NCBI GenBank assembly: GCA_023246445.1
Contig: JAHFIJ010000001.1
Span: 1-58,730 of the forward strand
Source of the DNA: Candidatus Woesearchaeota archaeon
GTDB taxonomy: Archaea; Nanobdellota; Nanobdellia; SCGC-AAA011-G17; JACQNH01
Reading direction: 5' to 3'
DNA: 58,730 nt
Shown: in pieces, positions 27,119-36,483 of the stretch
Position numbering within the stretch: the stretch's first letter is position 1
Layout: each line of letters opens with the position of its first letter
Position numbers and translations under genes: made by a program
Notes under the pieces: generated by a model
The model's input: the letters and a program-made list of their open reading frames with translations, nothing else
Databases searched by the model: none
What the model was told of the DNA's origin: nothing

Positions 27119-27238
27119 ATGAAATTTGTCCAATGTAATGAATGTGAAGTTGGTTACGCAAAGTTCATTTGTGAGGAATGCAACAGGCATGTTTGCGACC
27201 AATGTTATAGGGACGGCAAATGTGTCAGCTGTGTATAA
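27119..27238 (+). CDS. 39-aa four-CxxC zinc-finger miniprotein (absent from the ORF track)
   Basis: MKFVQCNECEVGYAKFICEECNRHVCDQCYRDGKCVSCV. AAAGGAGG sits 5 nt upstream of the ATG. Four evenly spaced CxxC pairs. Confidence 0.5.
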   Translation: MKFVQCNECEVGYAKFICEECNRHVCDQCYRDGKCVSCV

Positions 27239-27282
27239 AAAATAAATCAGAACCAATACAAACAGGAGCAATAGGGTCCAAT

Positions 27283-27747
27283 ATGCCAACAGAAAAATCA
27301 GCAGGCGCAGTATTATTCAGGATTGAAAAAGGAAAAATAAAATATTTATTATTGTATAAAAAGAAACATCTGCAGTATAATGAAAGCTGGGACTTTCCAA
27401 AAGGTAATGTAGAAGAAAAATCAGAAATAGATACAGTTAAAAGAGAAATAAAAGAGGAAACCGGAATTGTAGATTTAACCCTTATACAAAGCTTCAAGGA
27501 AACATTAACATTTTTCTATATGAAAGATAAAGATAGAGTTTTTAAAATTGTTAATGTTTATCTGTGCAAAACAAATGAACCGAAAGTGACAATAAGCAAA
27601 GAGCACGACAACTACAAATGGTGCACTTACGAGGAAGCATTGAACTTAGCCTCTTATAAAGACTCAAAAGAAGTAATAAGAAAAGCGAATAATTTCCTGA
27701 GCAGAAGAGGAAAAATAGAAACTTTTACAGGTGGGAATAAAGTTTAG
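27283..27747 (+). CDS. Nudix hydrolase
   Basis: Nudix box GNVEEKSEIDTVKREIKEETGI. Start set at MPTEKSAGAVLF; the track start at 27220 would overlap the zinc-finger ORF. Confidence 0.85.
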   Translation: MPTEKSAGAVLFRIEKGKIKYLLLYKKKHLQYNESWDFPKGNVEEKSEIDTVKREIKEETGIVDLTLIQSFKETLTFFYMKDKDRVFKIVNVYLCKTNEPKVTISKEHDNYKWCTYEEALNLASYKDSKEVIRKANNFLSRRGKIETFTGGNKV

Positions 27748-27781
27748 AAATTAATATTAATCCTTTATCCTGATTAAATAT

Positions 27782-29497
27782 ATGCTAAACGAAGAAATAG
27801 CTAAATTACTTTATGGAATAGCAGAAATCTTGGATATTTTAAAGATACAATGGAAGCCAAGAGCCTATAGGAAAGCAGCTCAGAACTTAGAAAGCTTAGG
27901 TTATGATGTCAAAGAAATATACGAATCTAAAGGTTTAAATGGATTGAAGGAAATTCCGGGCATTGGCGAAGGAATAGCAAAGAAGATTATAGAATACATA
28001 AAAACTAAAAAAATTACAGAATATGAAACTTTAAAGAAAAAAATACCGTCCCATTTTTTAGAGTTAATAAATATTCCAGGTTTAGGCGCAAGAAAAGCTG
28101 AAATCCTAAACAAAAAGCTAGGAATTGAAAACATAAGTGATTTAAGAAAAGCAATAGTGCAGCACAAAATTAAAGATTTAGAAGGCTTTGGGCTTAAATC
28201 AGAGGGGAATATCCTAAAAGGCTTAAATATTTTTAAAAAGAAATCAGAGCGTGTCTTATTATCTCAGGCCCTGCCAATTGCAGATTCAATAAAAGAAATT
28301 TTAAAAAATGTTAATGATGTAAAAACTGTAGATATTGCAGGTTCTTTAAGAAGAATGAAGGAAACCGTAAAAGATATTGATATTTTAGTTATCTCTAACA
28401 ACATAAAAGTTATTGATACTTTCTGTAATATGGAAAATGTAAAAGAGGTAATTGTAAGGGGGAATACTAAAGCCGCCGTATTCTTAAATGAAAATATTGA
28501 AGTAGATTTAAGAGTTGTTCCGGATAAAAGTTATGGTGCAGCCTTAAATTATTTCACAGGCTCAAGAGAACACAACATAGCTCTAAGGCAGATTTCAATA
28601 AAAAAAGGCTTTAAGTTAAATGAATACGGATTATTCAGCAGAAAAACAGGAAAATTTGTCGGTGGAAAAACAGAAGAAGAGCTATACAAATTACTTGGGA
28701 TAGGATATATTGAGCCTGAATTAAGGGAAGATAAAGGTGAAATTGAAGCCTCTATTAAAAATAAATTACCAAACCTGGTTACTTTAAAAGATATTAAATC
28801 AGACCTGCAAATGCACTCAGATTTTTCAGATGGTGGAAACTCTATAGAAGAAATGGCAATAGAAGCAAAAAAATCTTTAAGATATATTGCTATTACAGAC
28901 CATTATGGGAGTTTAAAGATTGCAAATGCATTAAATAAAAAAAGATTTAAGAAATATTCAGAAGCAATAGATAAATTAAATAAAAAATTAATGGATTTTA
29001 AAATTTTAAAAGGATTGGAAGTTGATATAGACAAAAATGGAAACGTAGAATGCGAAGTAGAAGTTTTAAAGGAATTAGACTTCTGCTTAGCCTCAATACA
29101 TAGGGCTTTCACATTAAACAAAACAGACATGACTAAAAGAGTTTGCAAAGCAATGGATAATAGATATGTAAATTGCATTGCACATCCGACAGGCAGATTA
29201 TTATTAAAAAGAGACTCTTATGATTTAGATTTTAATAAAGTATATGAAGCCGCAGTTAGTAATAATGTTGCCTTGGAGATTAATGCTTTTCCGGACAGAT
29301 TGGATTTAAATGATGATTTGATAAAAGAAGCAATTGAAAATAAAGTAAATTTAACAATAGGCACAGACTCTCATGCAAAAGAGCATTTAAGATTTTTATT
29401 TTTAGGTGTCTCAACTGCAAGAAGAGGATGGGCTGAAAGAAAGAATATTTTAAATACTTTGGAACTAAATAAATTTTTAAAAACAATAAAAAGGTGA
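27782..29497 (+). CDS. polX: family X DNA polymerase with C-terminal PHP domain (PolX)
   Basis: 571 aa. HhH motifs (GIGEGIAKKI, GLGARKAE), GSLRRMKETVKDIDIL, PHP HSDFSDG...TDHY...GTDSH. Confidence 0.9.
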   Translation: MLNEEIAKLLYGIAEILDILKIQWKPRAYRKAAQNLESLGYDVKEIYESKGLNGLKEIPGIGEGIAKKIIEYIKTKKITEYETLKKKIPSHFLELINIPGLGARKAEILNKKLGIENISDLRKAIVQHKIKDLEGFGLKSEGNILKGLNIFKKKSERVLLSQALPIADSIKEILKNVNDVKTVDIAGSLRRMKETVKDIDILVISNNIKVIDTFCNMENVKEVIVRGNTKAAVFLNENIEVDLRVVPDKSYGAALNYFTGSREHNIALRQISIKKGFKLNEYGLFSRKTGKFVGGKTEEELYKLLGIGYIEPELREDKGEIEASIKNKLPNLVTLKDIKSDLQMHSDFSDGGNSIEEMAIEAKKSLRYIAITDHYGSLKIANALNKKRFKKYSEAIDKLNKKLMDFKILKGLEVDIDKNGNVECEVEVLKELDFCLASIHRAFTLNKTDMTKRVCKAMDNRYVNCIAHPTGRLLLKRDSYDLDFNKVYEAAVSNNVALEINAFPDRLDLNDDLIKEAIENKVNLTIGTDSHAKEHLRFLFLGVSTARRGWAERKNILNTLELNKFLKTIKR

Positions 29498-29596
29498 TAA
29501 AAAACGCAAAAGCTAAGTCCAATAAAGTGGGGTCAGCTAGAGCTTTTTTTAAATCTCGTAGGTTTAGTCAATGATAATGTTTCTATTCCGGCAGAA

Positions 29597-30094
29597 ATGT
29601 TTGGCATTGATGTCAACGGAGTAATATATCATATCAAGATAAAAGGCGACCCTCAATCCTCATTTAAATATGAATTCATCGAAAAAGAAGAGCTTATTGG
29701 CTATTTAGGCAGAGAGAGTTATTTTAAATTCAAAAGATTAGCAACTCCGGATCCGGAAACAATAACCCTTAAAACAGTCATAAATTTCACAAAAGAATGG
29801 ACAAATAATCCCCATCTGGTATGTTATTTCCCCCCGTTAATGTTTACAGAAATCTTTCAAAGGTTTGATCAAATAGATCGTTCAATCCCCTATATGCGTC
29901 TGTCAGAAGAAGACTTCCAATTATTCACAAAAGAAGTTCACGAAATAACAGCAGCTCTTGAAAAGAGATTAGTCTTAATAAAAGAGTTGGAAAATAAATC
30001 CTCAATAGATAAATTTTTTACTTTCTATAGACCTTACAAAATAGAAAGGATAGAAACTCTTGATCAAAACCAAAGATTCAGGATCTCACGCTAA
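29597..30094 (+). CDS. hypothetical protein
   Basis: 165-aa ORF with no recognisable motif. Confidence 0.45.
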   Translation: MFGIDVNGVIYHIKIKGDPQSSFKYEFIEKEELIGYLGRESYFKFKRLATPDPETITLKTVINFTKEWTNNPHLVCYFPPLMFTEIFQRFDQIDRSIPYMRLSEEDFQLFTKEVHEITAALEKRLVLIKELENKSSIDKFFTFYRPYKIERIETLDQNQRFRISR

Positions 30095-31281
30095 CTAGTT
30101 TTAATCTCTATCACATCCAAATGTTTTAATTTATAATCTTTAGCTAATGGCATTTTTTTCTTAACATCTATTGCTTTAACAAATCTCTTTCCAATATCCG
30201 TATGAATTCTAAAAGCAAAATCAAGAGCAGTAGAATTTGAAGGCAATAAGAAGCAATCAGGAATTACTCTTCCTTCAGAATCTTTTAAATTATTAACCCC
30301 CCCGGGAAATATTGCCATATATTTCAACAGCTCAAAAACAGCACAATCTAATGCCTCCTGAACCCCAGTAGAATTAAATTTTTTTAAAACATTATCTCTT
30401 ATAGATTCCAAAGCTCTCCTCTGATTTTCACTTAATTTCTTCTCATCTATTATTTTAAAATCTGAATCTCCGGGTATATATTCAATTAACTTTAATTTTG
30501 CAGCTTCTCTTAATGCCAATTCAGAATCAGAACTGCATGGGATTACCTTGCATTCAGGATATTTTTCTTTTAGTCTATGATAATTTAATTCAGCGCCTTC
30601 AACATCAATTTTATTAGCAGCAATTAGCATAGGTTTTGATAATTTTCTTAGTATGGAACAAAACTGCTTTAATTCATCTTTGCTCCATTTCAGAGGATCT
30701 CCAGATTTAAAAACTTTTACAGCCTTTTCAACCATTTCTTCAGTAATCTTTAATCCTGAAAATTGTTTAGCCACTTCTTTCCGGATATCTTTCTTTTCAT
30801 TTACCACTTTCCTAACAAACTTATCCCACGCCTTCTCTAAAATAGAAAAAAACCATAAATCTACTTCTTTCTCAATCATTTCTACATCTTTTAATGGATC
30901 GTGGCTTAATGCTTGAACAACTTCACCCTTTTCATTTGTCATTCCAGCTATATCAATTATATGTATTAAAGCGTCCCCCTGGCTTAAATCATTCAAAAAT
31001 TGATTCCCTAAACCTTTTCCATCATACGCCCCTTCAATTAATCCGGCAACATCCAATAAATCTACAGGCACAAATCTTTTTCCGTTTATACAATAGCCTT
31101 CTCTAGGATTACATTTAACTTTAAAAAAACTCTCAACGCAGTCTATTTTAACAAATCCCATAGCATGATTCGGCTTTATGGTTGTAAAAGGTCTAGGAGA
31201 GATTTCAACATTTGCTAAAGTAGCTGCCTTAAAGAACGTTGATTTTCCGCATGATGGTTTTCCTATAATTCCAATTAGCAT
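30091..31281 (-). CDS. Obg-like (YchF/DRG-type) GTPase with C-terminal TGS domain
   Basis: G1 GKPSCGKST, G3 DVAGL, G4 NKID. TGS-like C-terminus (FAFRIHTDIGKRFVKAIDV). Confidence 0.85.
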   Translation of the reverse strand: MLIGIIGKPSCGKSTFFKAATLANVEISPRPFTTIKPNHAMGFVKIDCVESFFKVKCNPREGYCINGKRFVPVDLLDVAGLIEGAYDGKGLGNQFLNDLSQGDALIHIIDIAGMTNEKGEVVQALSHDPLKDVEMIEKEVDLWFFSILEKAWDKFVRKVVNEKKDIRKEVAKQFSGLKITEEMVEKAVKVFKSGDPLKWSKDELKQFCSILRKLSKPMLIAANKIDVEGAELNYHRLKEKYPECKVIPCSSDSELALREAAKLKLIEYIPGDSDFKIIDEKKLSENQRRALESIRDNVLKKFNSTGVQEALDCAVFELLKYMAIFPGGVNNLKDSEGRVIPDCFLLPSNSTALDFAFRIHTDIGKRFVKAIDVKKKMPLAKDYKLKHLDVIEIKTS

Positions 31282-31311
31282 AAAAACTAACTAAAAATTA
31301 AACTTTTAAAA

Positions 31312-31521
31312 CTATCTACTGCAGGGTTCTCCTTTAATCTTTAAATACTGTTTAACAGATAAAAACTTCGCTCTTCTTGCAGTTTCAATATGCCCTTTTA
31401 TTAAGAAGTTCTGTTGTTTTTTCCAGACCTCATCAGGAGTTTCCCGTATATACTCTGCCCAATACTCTATAAAATTATTCCTATCCTCTTGATTAGTCTT
31501 CCCGGGTTTAAGCTTTCTCAT
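31312..31521 (-). CDS. small protein, function unknown (second gene of the NTase pair)
   Basis: 69 aa. Overlaps the upstream NTase gene by 14 nt. Confidence 0.4.
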   Translation of the reverse strand: MRKLKPGKTNQEDRNNFIEYWAEYIRETPDEVWKKQQNFLIKGHIETARRAKFLSVKQYLKIKGEPCSR

Positions 31522-32104
31522 TTTTAATTCGTTTTCTATATTCTTCTATCTTATTATAATCGATATTATTTTTAAATGTATCCTCCAAGTGCTTAGCATC
31601 CTCAACATCCTTATAAGATGCAAGATAATATTTTTTAAAAGCAATCTGTCTCTCCAGAGTTGAGATTTTATAATCTCCTATTTCAGTTGTCACAGTTATA
31701 AATTCCTTTAAAGATTCCTTGTCTATACCTTTAATAGCAAATTTAACCTCGAAATTTGGTGCATACTCTCCTTTTTCAGCAAACCTCAAACCTAATCCAT
31801 CCTTAAGATAGGAATACGCATCCTCTAAATCTTCGGAATTCAAGCACCAGAAACCATTTTTAATTATCTCCCCATATAATCTAGAAAACTTTTCCTTACT
31901 CATCTCGTTTATATAGATATCTACATCCTCAGTAGACCTTGACCTGCCTAATAGAATAGACACATAACCACTAACAATAACATAACTCGTATGTTCCTGT
32001 AGAAGATTAATAAACTTAAAAACTAACTTGTCTAATTCCGTCAAGCCTTCCAACTTAATTTTATTTCTTCCAACAAATTTCATTGCCTTAATCATATTTT
32101 CCAT
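31508..32104 (-). CDS. minimal nucleotidyltransferase-fold protein (DUF2204-like)
   Basis: SGYVSILLGRSRSTEDVDIYI fits the G[SG]...DxD NTase motif. The C-terminal ISTLERQIAFKKYY...KDVEDAKHL resembles archaeal NTase families. Confidence 0.55.
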   Translation of the reverse strand: MENMIKAMKFVGRNKIKLEGLTELDKLVFKFINLLQEHTSYVIVSGYVSILLGRSRSTEDVDIYINEMSKEKFSRLYGEIIKNGFWCLNSEDLEDAYSYLKDGLGLRFAEKGEYAPNFEVKFAIKGIDKESLKEFITVTTEIGDYKISTLERQIAFKKYYLASYKDVEDAKHLEDTFKNNIDYNKIEEYRKRIKNEKA

Positions 32105-32302
32105 CTTTTTAACCTTTACTACCTACTTAACCAATAAAAGTTAAGGCGTCTAATATTATGTTACGTAAGATTTCTGCAAAATTTTCTAAAAATTAGTTAA
32201 ACCTTATAACTTTATCAGAATTTATTTATAAAGTATTATTAAAAAACAGCGAATTTTACAGAAAAACCGTAGAGTATTACAATCCAAAATTATCGAAATC
32301 AA

Positions 32303-33040
32303 CTATGAAGACAAATAACCTGCAAAATAAACAAATACAACAATCAATAATATTAAAGCTACATAATCTTTAAACTTAAACTTTAATCTTGGCGGATAAG
32401 TCCTTCTTGGCTTAGCTCTAAATGCTCTAGCTTCTATACTTAAACTTAAATCAAAGGCCTTTATTAACAACAAATGAAAAGTTGGTATTAAAATAGGCAA
32501 AAAAGTCTGCATTGAAGCTATTGGTTTTAAAATCGAAAATTTAATCTTATGTGCTCTTGCTTTCTGAGCGTCTATTACATGATTAATCTCTCTCGTTATT
32601 ACGGGCACAAATCTTATTGCTAATGTTAACATAAACGCTAATTCATAAGGAACTTTCATTTTAGTCAAGCTTAACATTAAATCTCTTGGAGAAGTTGACA
32701 TTGCAAATACTATACTGCTTAAAATCAAAACTAAAAATTTAATGGAAAAAAATACTCCTTCTACTGCACCTTTTTTAAAATCCCACAATAACAAACTAAA
32801 TAATATTATATAGCTAATTGTAAATAAAATAATAAATATTTTAGAAGAATTCCAAACAGATTTTAATGGTAGTTTAGATAATAAAATTGTTAATATTACA
32901 ATCCCAAATATTTCTAATACAAAATACTTGTCAGTTACAATAAAAACTAAGAAACTTAATACCAATAACCACAATATTTTAGTTCTAGGGTCTAACTTAT
33001 GGATTACCGAATCCCTATAGATATAATCATAAAATTGCAT
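32303..33040 (-). CDS. ecfT: ECF transporter transmembrane component EcfT (CbiQ family)
   Basis: 245 aa, polytopic. LDPRTKILWLL start and the ARAFR motif region typical of EcfT/CbiQ. Confidence 0.8.
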   Translation of the reverse strand: MQFYDYIYRDSVIHKLDPRTKILWLLVLSFLVFIVTDKYFVLEIFGIVILTILLSKLPLKSVWNSSKIFIILFTISYIILFSLLLWDFKKGAVEGVFFSIKFLVLILSSIVFAMSTSPRDLMLSLTKMKVPYELAFMLTLAIRFVPVITREINHVIDAQKARAHKIKFSILKPIASMQTFLPILIPTFHLLLIKAFDLSLSIEARAFRAKPRRTYPPRLKFKFKDYVALILLIVVFVYFAGYLSS

Positions 33041-33080
33041 AACCGTTAAATTAATAAACCAATATTTAAATTATACTATT

Positions 33081-33638
33081 ATGTTTAAGCACTTCACAAC
33101 TAAACAATTAATATTCATTGCTTTAATTGGTGCAGTTTTATTCTTAATGGATCTAACAATATCCACCGTAATAGACGTAGCAACAGGGATCATAGGAGCA
33201 GGCTATATAGTTATTATAATATTTTTCACATTAATTGCAACAGTAGGCGCTTTAATTATTCCAAAATTTCTAGTTTTTACAATAATGGCATTTATTTATG
33301 CAGCTCTGGCAATTCCCACACAAGTTTTTGGCCCACCGGGATTCTCAAAAGTTATAATAGCTATAGTTATAGGTCTTACAATGGATATAATAGTAAAAAC
33401 TTTCAAATATAAAAAAATTAGTTACTATCTCGCCCTTATCATAGGCAACATAGCTTCTTTATTATTATACGTTTTATCTCCTCTATTTTTGGATTTTCAT
33501 AGCATAGAGGAGCTATTTCCATACTTGTTCTTATTTACAGTTTTGTATGGAATTGAATCAATTGTTGGCGTCTGGATAGGTTTCAAATTATATAACAAAC
33601 TAAAAAATAAAAGAATTCTTCAACAAATAAGCGAATAG
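33081..33638 (+). CDS. putative ECF S-component-like membrane protein (paralog 1)
   Basis: 185 aa, ~6 TM helices. Shares N-terminus (M-x-KH-x-TTK-x-L-x-FIAL) and C-terminus (KNKRI-x-QQI) with 35923-36483. Adjacent to ecfT. Confidence 0.5.
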   Translation: MFKHFTTKQLIFIALIGAVLFLMDLTISTVIDVATGIIGAGYIVIIIFFTLIATVGALIIPKFLVFTIMAFIYAALAIPTQVFGPPGFSKVIIAIVIGLTMDIIVKTFKYKKISYYLALIIGNIASLLLYVLSPLFLDFHSIEELFPYLFLFTVLYGIESIVGVWIGFKLYNKLKNKRILQQISE

Positions 33639-33675
33639 AAAGATTTATATACATCCTTCCCTATAAAAGAAGGAT

Positions 33676-34446
33676 ATGGATAAAAAAAACTATTTAACAA
33701 ACGAAGAGCAGGAAGTCTGGAGATACGTCCAAGATAAAGAGATAATAGACAATGAATTAATCAAACAAATATTTCCGGAAATAAAAGAAAACAAAAGAAA
33801 TAAAATATTGCATAGTTTGTTCAAAAAAGGCTACCTAAAAAGAGCAAAAAAAGACCTTTATTATAATCCCAAAAATTTAACTAGCTTTTACAAACTGGCA
33901 TTAAAATTCAGGGAAGGCTATATAAGTCTTAGCTCAGCCCTTAGATACTACAACCTCTTAGATTACGAAGACTTTACTATTTCAATTATTACCAAAAATT
34001 TCCAAAAAAAGATAGATCTCAAAGATACAAAATATACCATTCAATTCACACCATTAAACAATTTATTCCTTGGTTTCGAAAGAAGAGATGGTTTATACAT
34101 CTCAACAATAGAAAAAACATTGTTTGACTGCCTACTAAAACCAACCTCTATCGGATTTACAAATATAACAAAGGCTTTTTACGACGCTAAGATCGACTGG
34201 GATAAATTCATAAGATTTTTTACATTAACAAATAATAATTCTCTATATCAAAGAACAGGTTATATCCTCGAATTAATGAAGGTAAAAACAAAATTAATAG
34301 TTCCGGAATTTGTCTTCAAATATCTATTAAAAAAAGTTAAATACCCAGTTAAATTAATCCCAATAGATTCCCATTCACACTTTAACACAAAATGGAAAAT
34401 AGAGGATAATTTAGGCGAAAATAAGATATTGTCCTGGTGGCACTAA
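33676..34446 (+). CDS. abiEi: AbiEi-like antitoxin/transcriptional regulator
   Basis: 256 aa. N-terminal wHTH. Overlaps the AbiEii-like gene by 10 nt. Confidence 0.6.
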   Translation: MDKKNYLTNEEQEVWRYVQDKEIIDNELIKQIFPEIKENKRNKILHSLFKKGYLKRAKKDLYYNPKNLTSFYKLALKFREGYISLSSALRYYNLLDYEDFTISIITKNFQKKIDLKDTKYTIQFTPLNNLFLGFERRDGLYISTIEKTLFDCLLKPTSIGFTNITKAFYDAKIDWDKFIRFFTLTNNNSLYQRTGYILELMKVKTKLIVPEFVFKYLLKKVKYPVKLIPIDSHSHFNTKWKIEDNLGENKILSWWH

Positions 34447-35171
34447 TGGAAATAGAAGAATTAAGAAGATTATCAGCAAAGGAAGAGCTTTCTCTTAATT
34501 ACATTGCTAAGGATGAAATGATTAGTAAAATTCTTTTTAATCTGCAAGATTTTGATGATATTATCCTAAAAGGCGGAACAGCAATCAACCGCATATACAT
34601 CAAAAATAAAAGATTTTCAGAAGATATAGATTTTGATATTATTTCCAACGGAACAGTAAAAGAAGCATTGGCAAAGACTAAAGAAAATGTCCTAAAATTA
34701 AAAGACTTCTTTGAAATAGCTAAACCAAGGATAATGAATAAAACCATAAGATATGATTTATACTATCTAAATCCTTTAAATCATAAAGATAGAATCATGC
34801 TCGAATTTAAACCCGTTAATAAGGTTTTAAATTATAGTAAAAAGATAATAAACTACGGTTTTGTCCCTTTTGAAGCAACTTTGTTAAATGTCTATGAACT
34901 TGAAACGTTAATTGCTTTTAAATTAGAATGTCTTTTAACAAGAATGGAAGGAAAGGACTTATTTGACTTGTATTATCTTTTAGACCTTATTCATAAACCT
35001 ATAAAATTGCCAAAAGAAAAAAGGGATTTAATAATAAACAGATTGCAATTAAACGATGAAGAAGTAAAAGCAATGGCAAATGTGATTAATCATTACATTC
35101 CTAAAAACATTAGACCAAATTGGGGTATTTTTATAAGTGAATTAATAGAAAAAATCAAACAGATTAGTTAA
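34437..35171 (+). CDS. abiEii: AbiEii/AbiGii-family nucleotidyltransferase toxin
   Basis: NYIAKDEMISKILFNL and LKGGTAINRIY...RFSEDIDFDI signature (DUF1814 family). Confidence 0.8.
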   Translation: MALMEIEELRRLSAKEELSLNYIAKDEMISKILFNLQDFDDIILKGGTAINRIYIKNKRFSEDIDFDIISNGTVKEALAKTKENVLKLKDFFEIAKPRIMNKTIRYDLYYLNPLNHKDRIMLEFKPVNKVLNYSKKIINYGFVPFEATLLNVYELETLIAFKLECLLTRMEGKDLFDLYYLLDLIHKPIKLPKEKRDLIINRLQLNDEEVKAMANVINHYIPKNIRPNWGIFISELIEKIKQIS

Positions 35172-35201
35172 ATATTTAAACACGATAATTATCGTATTGT
35201 T

Positions 35202-35855
35202 ATGTGGGTCGCTAAATTACAGATAGATTCAGAAGACAAATTATTGGGCAGTAGAACTAAAAAATTTAGAGTTGTTTTAGCAGGTTATCCTGTATCCTCT
35301 TATGAAAAAGGAGTTAATCTCTACTTATTTATTGCAGGCTTTCTTACGGGCAAAGAAAAAAACAAAATAGAATTTATCAATGATTTAAGGAAAGATAAAA
35401 GGGTTTTAAATCTTGAAAACAAAGGAGATTTTATTATTGGCCAAATTAAACAACCACCAGAAGCCAAAATTCTATACAGACCAAACATAATACATTTAGA
35501 GCCAGTAATCATTGATGAACGAGGTTATACCAACTGGACTATAGGGAGTTGGGACAAAAAAGCATTAATTGATCTTATTAAAGTTATTAAAAAAATATTC
35601 AAAAATTGTAAATTAATCCATATTAAAGAAAGAAAAATAACAAGTTTCTCGATAGTTAGTATCAGGCCAGAATTAACAGAAAAACAAGAAAAAGCTGTAG
35701 AATTGGCAATAAAAAACAGTTACTATGACTATCCGAGAAAAATAGAACTAAAGAGATTAGCAAAATTAATGCGCCTTTCCTATTCCACTTATCAGGCTCA
35801 TTTAAGAAAAGCAGAAAAAAAGCTCATCCATTTCCTTTTCAATAAAACCAAATAA
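35202..35855 (+). CDS. HTH_10 (Bat-type) domain transcriptional regulator
   Basis: C-terminal LTEKQEKAVELAIKNSYYDYPRKIELKRLAKLMRLSYSTYQAHLRKAEKKL. Confidence 0.7.
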   Translation: MWVAKLQIDSEDKLLGSRTKKFRVVLAGYPVSSYEKGVNLYLFIAGFLTGKEKNKIEFINDLRKDKRVLNLENKGDFIIGQIKQPPEAKILYRPNIIHLEPVIIDERGYTNWTIGSWDKKALIDLIKVIKKIFKNCKLIHIKERKITSFSIVSIRPELTEKQEKAVELAIKNSYYDYPRKIELKRLAKLMRLSYSTYQAHLRKAEKKLIHFLFNKTK

Positions 35856-35922
35856 AATACACGATATATATCGCTATAAATTAGATATATAGTTTTCAGT
35901 TATTGTAATCAAAGGGTAAAAA

Positions 35923-36483
35923 ATGTTAAAACACTCTACAACAAAAGAATTAGTATTCATAGCCTTAATGGCAGCCTCTTTATTTATTGTAAATTTCATT
36001 ACAGGGGCCGGTTTAGTCGCAATTACGGGGATTCCACTTTCAAATATGTTCATCAACTCTCTTTTTCTAGCTCTATGGGTCTTTTTGATGGTTAAGATTA
36101 TCCCTAAATTCTGGTCTTTGACTCTTATGCTTTTAGTCTATAGCATTCTGTCTGTCCCAACATTTATTGGTGGCGCTCCAGGTTTCTGGCTTAAAGTCCC
36201 AATAGTTACATTTGCAGGTTTCCTAGGGGATATTTTCCTATATTTTACAAAATACAAAAGCTGGGCGATCTTTATAGCTTACTATATTTTAACCACAGCA
36301 ACTTTATTAACTTTTACTTTTGCCTTACTCAAGCTCGGAATTCCAGCAGCAGATAAAATATTACCTATTGTCCATTGGTTGATCCTAGCAATATGTCTTA
36401 TTGGAACTATAGGCTTAGTTTTAGGTATTTTTATACATAGCAGAATTAAAAACAAAAGAATTATTCAACAGATTACATCTTAA
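35923..36483 (+). CDS. putative ECF S-component-like membrane protein (paralog 2)
   Basis: 186 aa. Paralog of 33081-33638. Its 3' end overlaps the convergent ecfA by 11 nt. Confidence 0.5.
   Translation: MLKHSTTKELVFIALMAASLFIVNFITGAGLVAITGIPLSNMFINSLFLALWVFLMVKIIPKFWSLTLMLLVYSILSVPTFIGGAPGFWLKVPIVTFAGFLGDIFLYFTKYKSWAIFIAYYILTTATLLTFTFALLKLGIPAADKILPIVHWLILAICLIGTIGLVLGIFIHSRIKNKRIIQQITS

Noticed and set aside
27059-27289. A 76-aa minus-strand ORF, and the 27220 start of the Nudix ORF.
   Set aside because: The minus ORF is a low-complexity hydrophobic antisense read-through of a region better explained by the SD-preceded zinc-finger ORF. The Nudix N-terminal extension overlaps that ORF, and the conserved Nudix fold begins after the Met at 27283.
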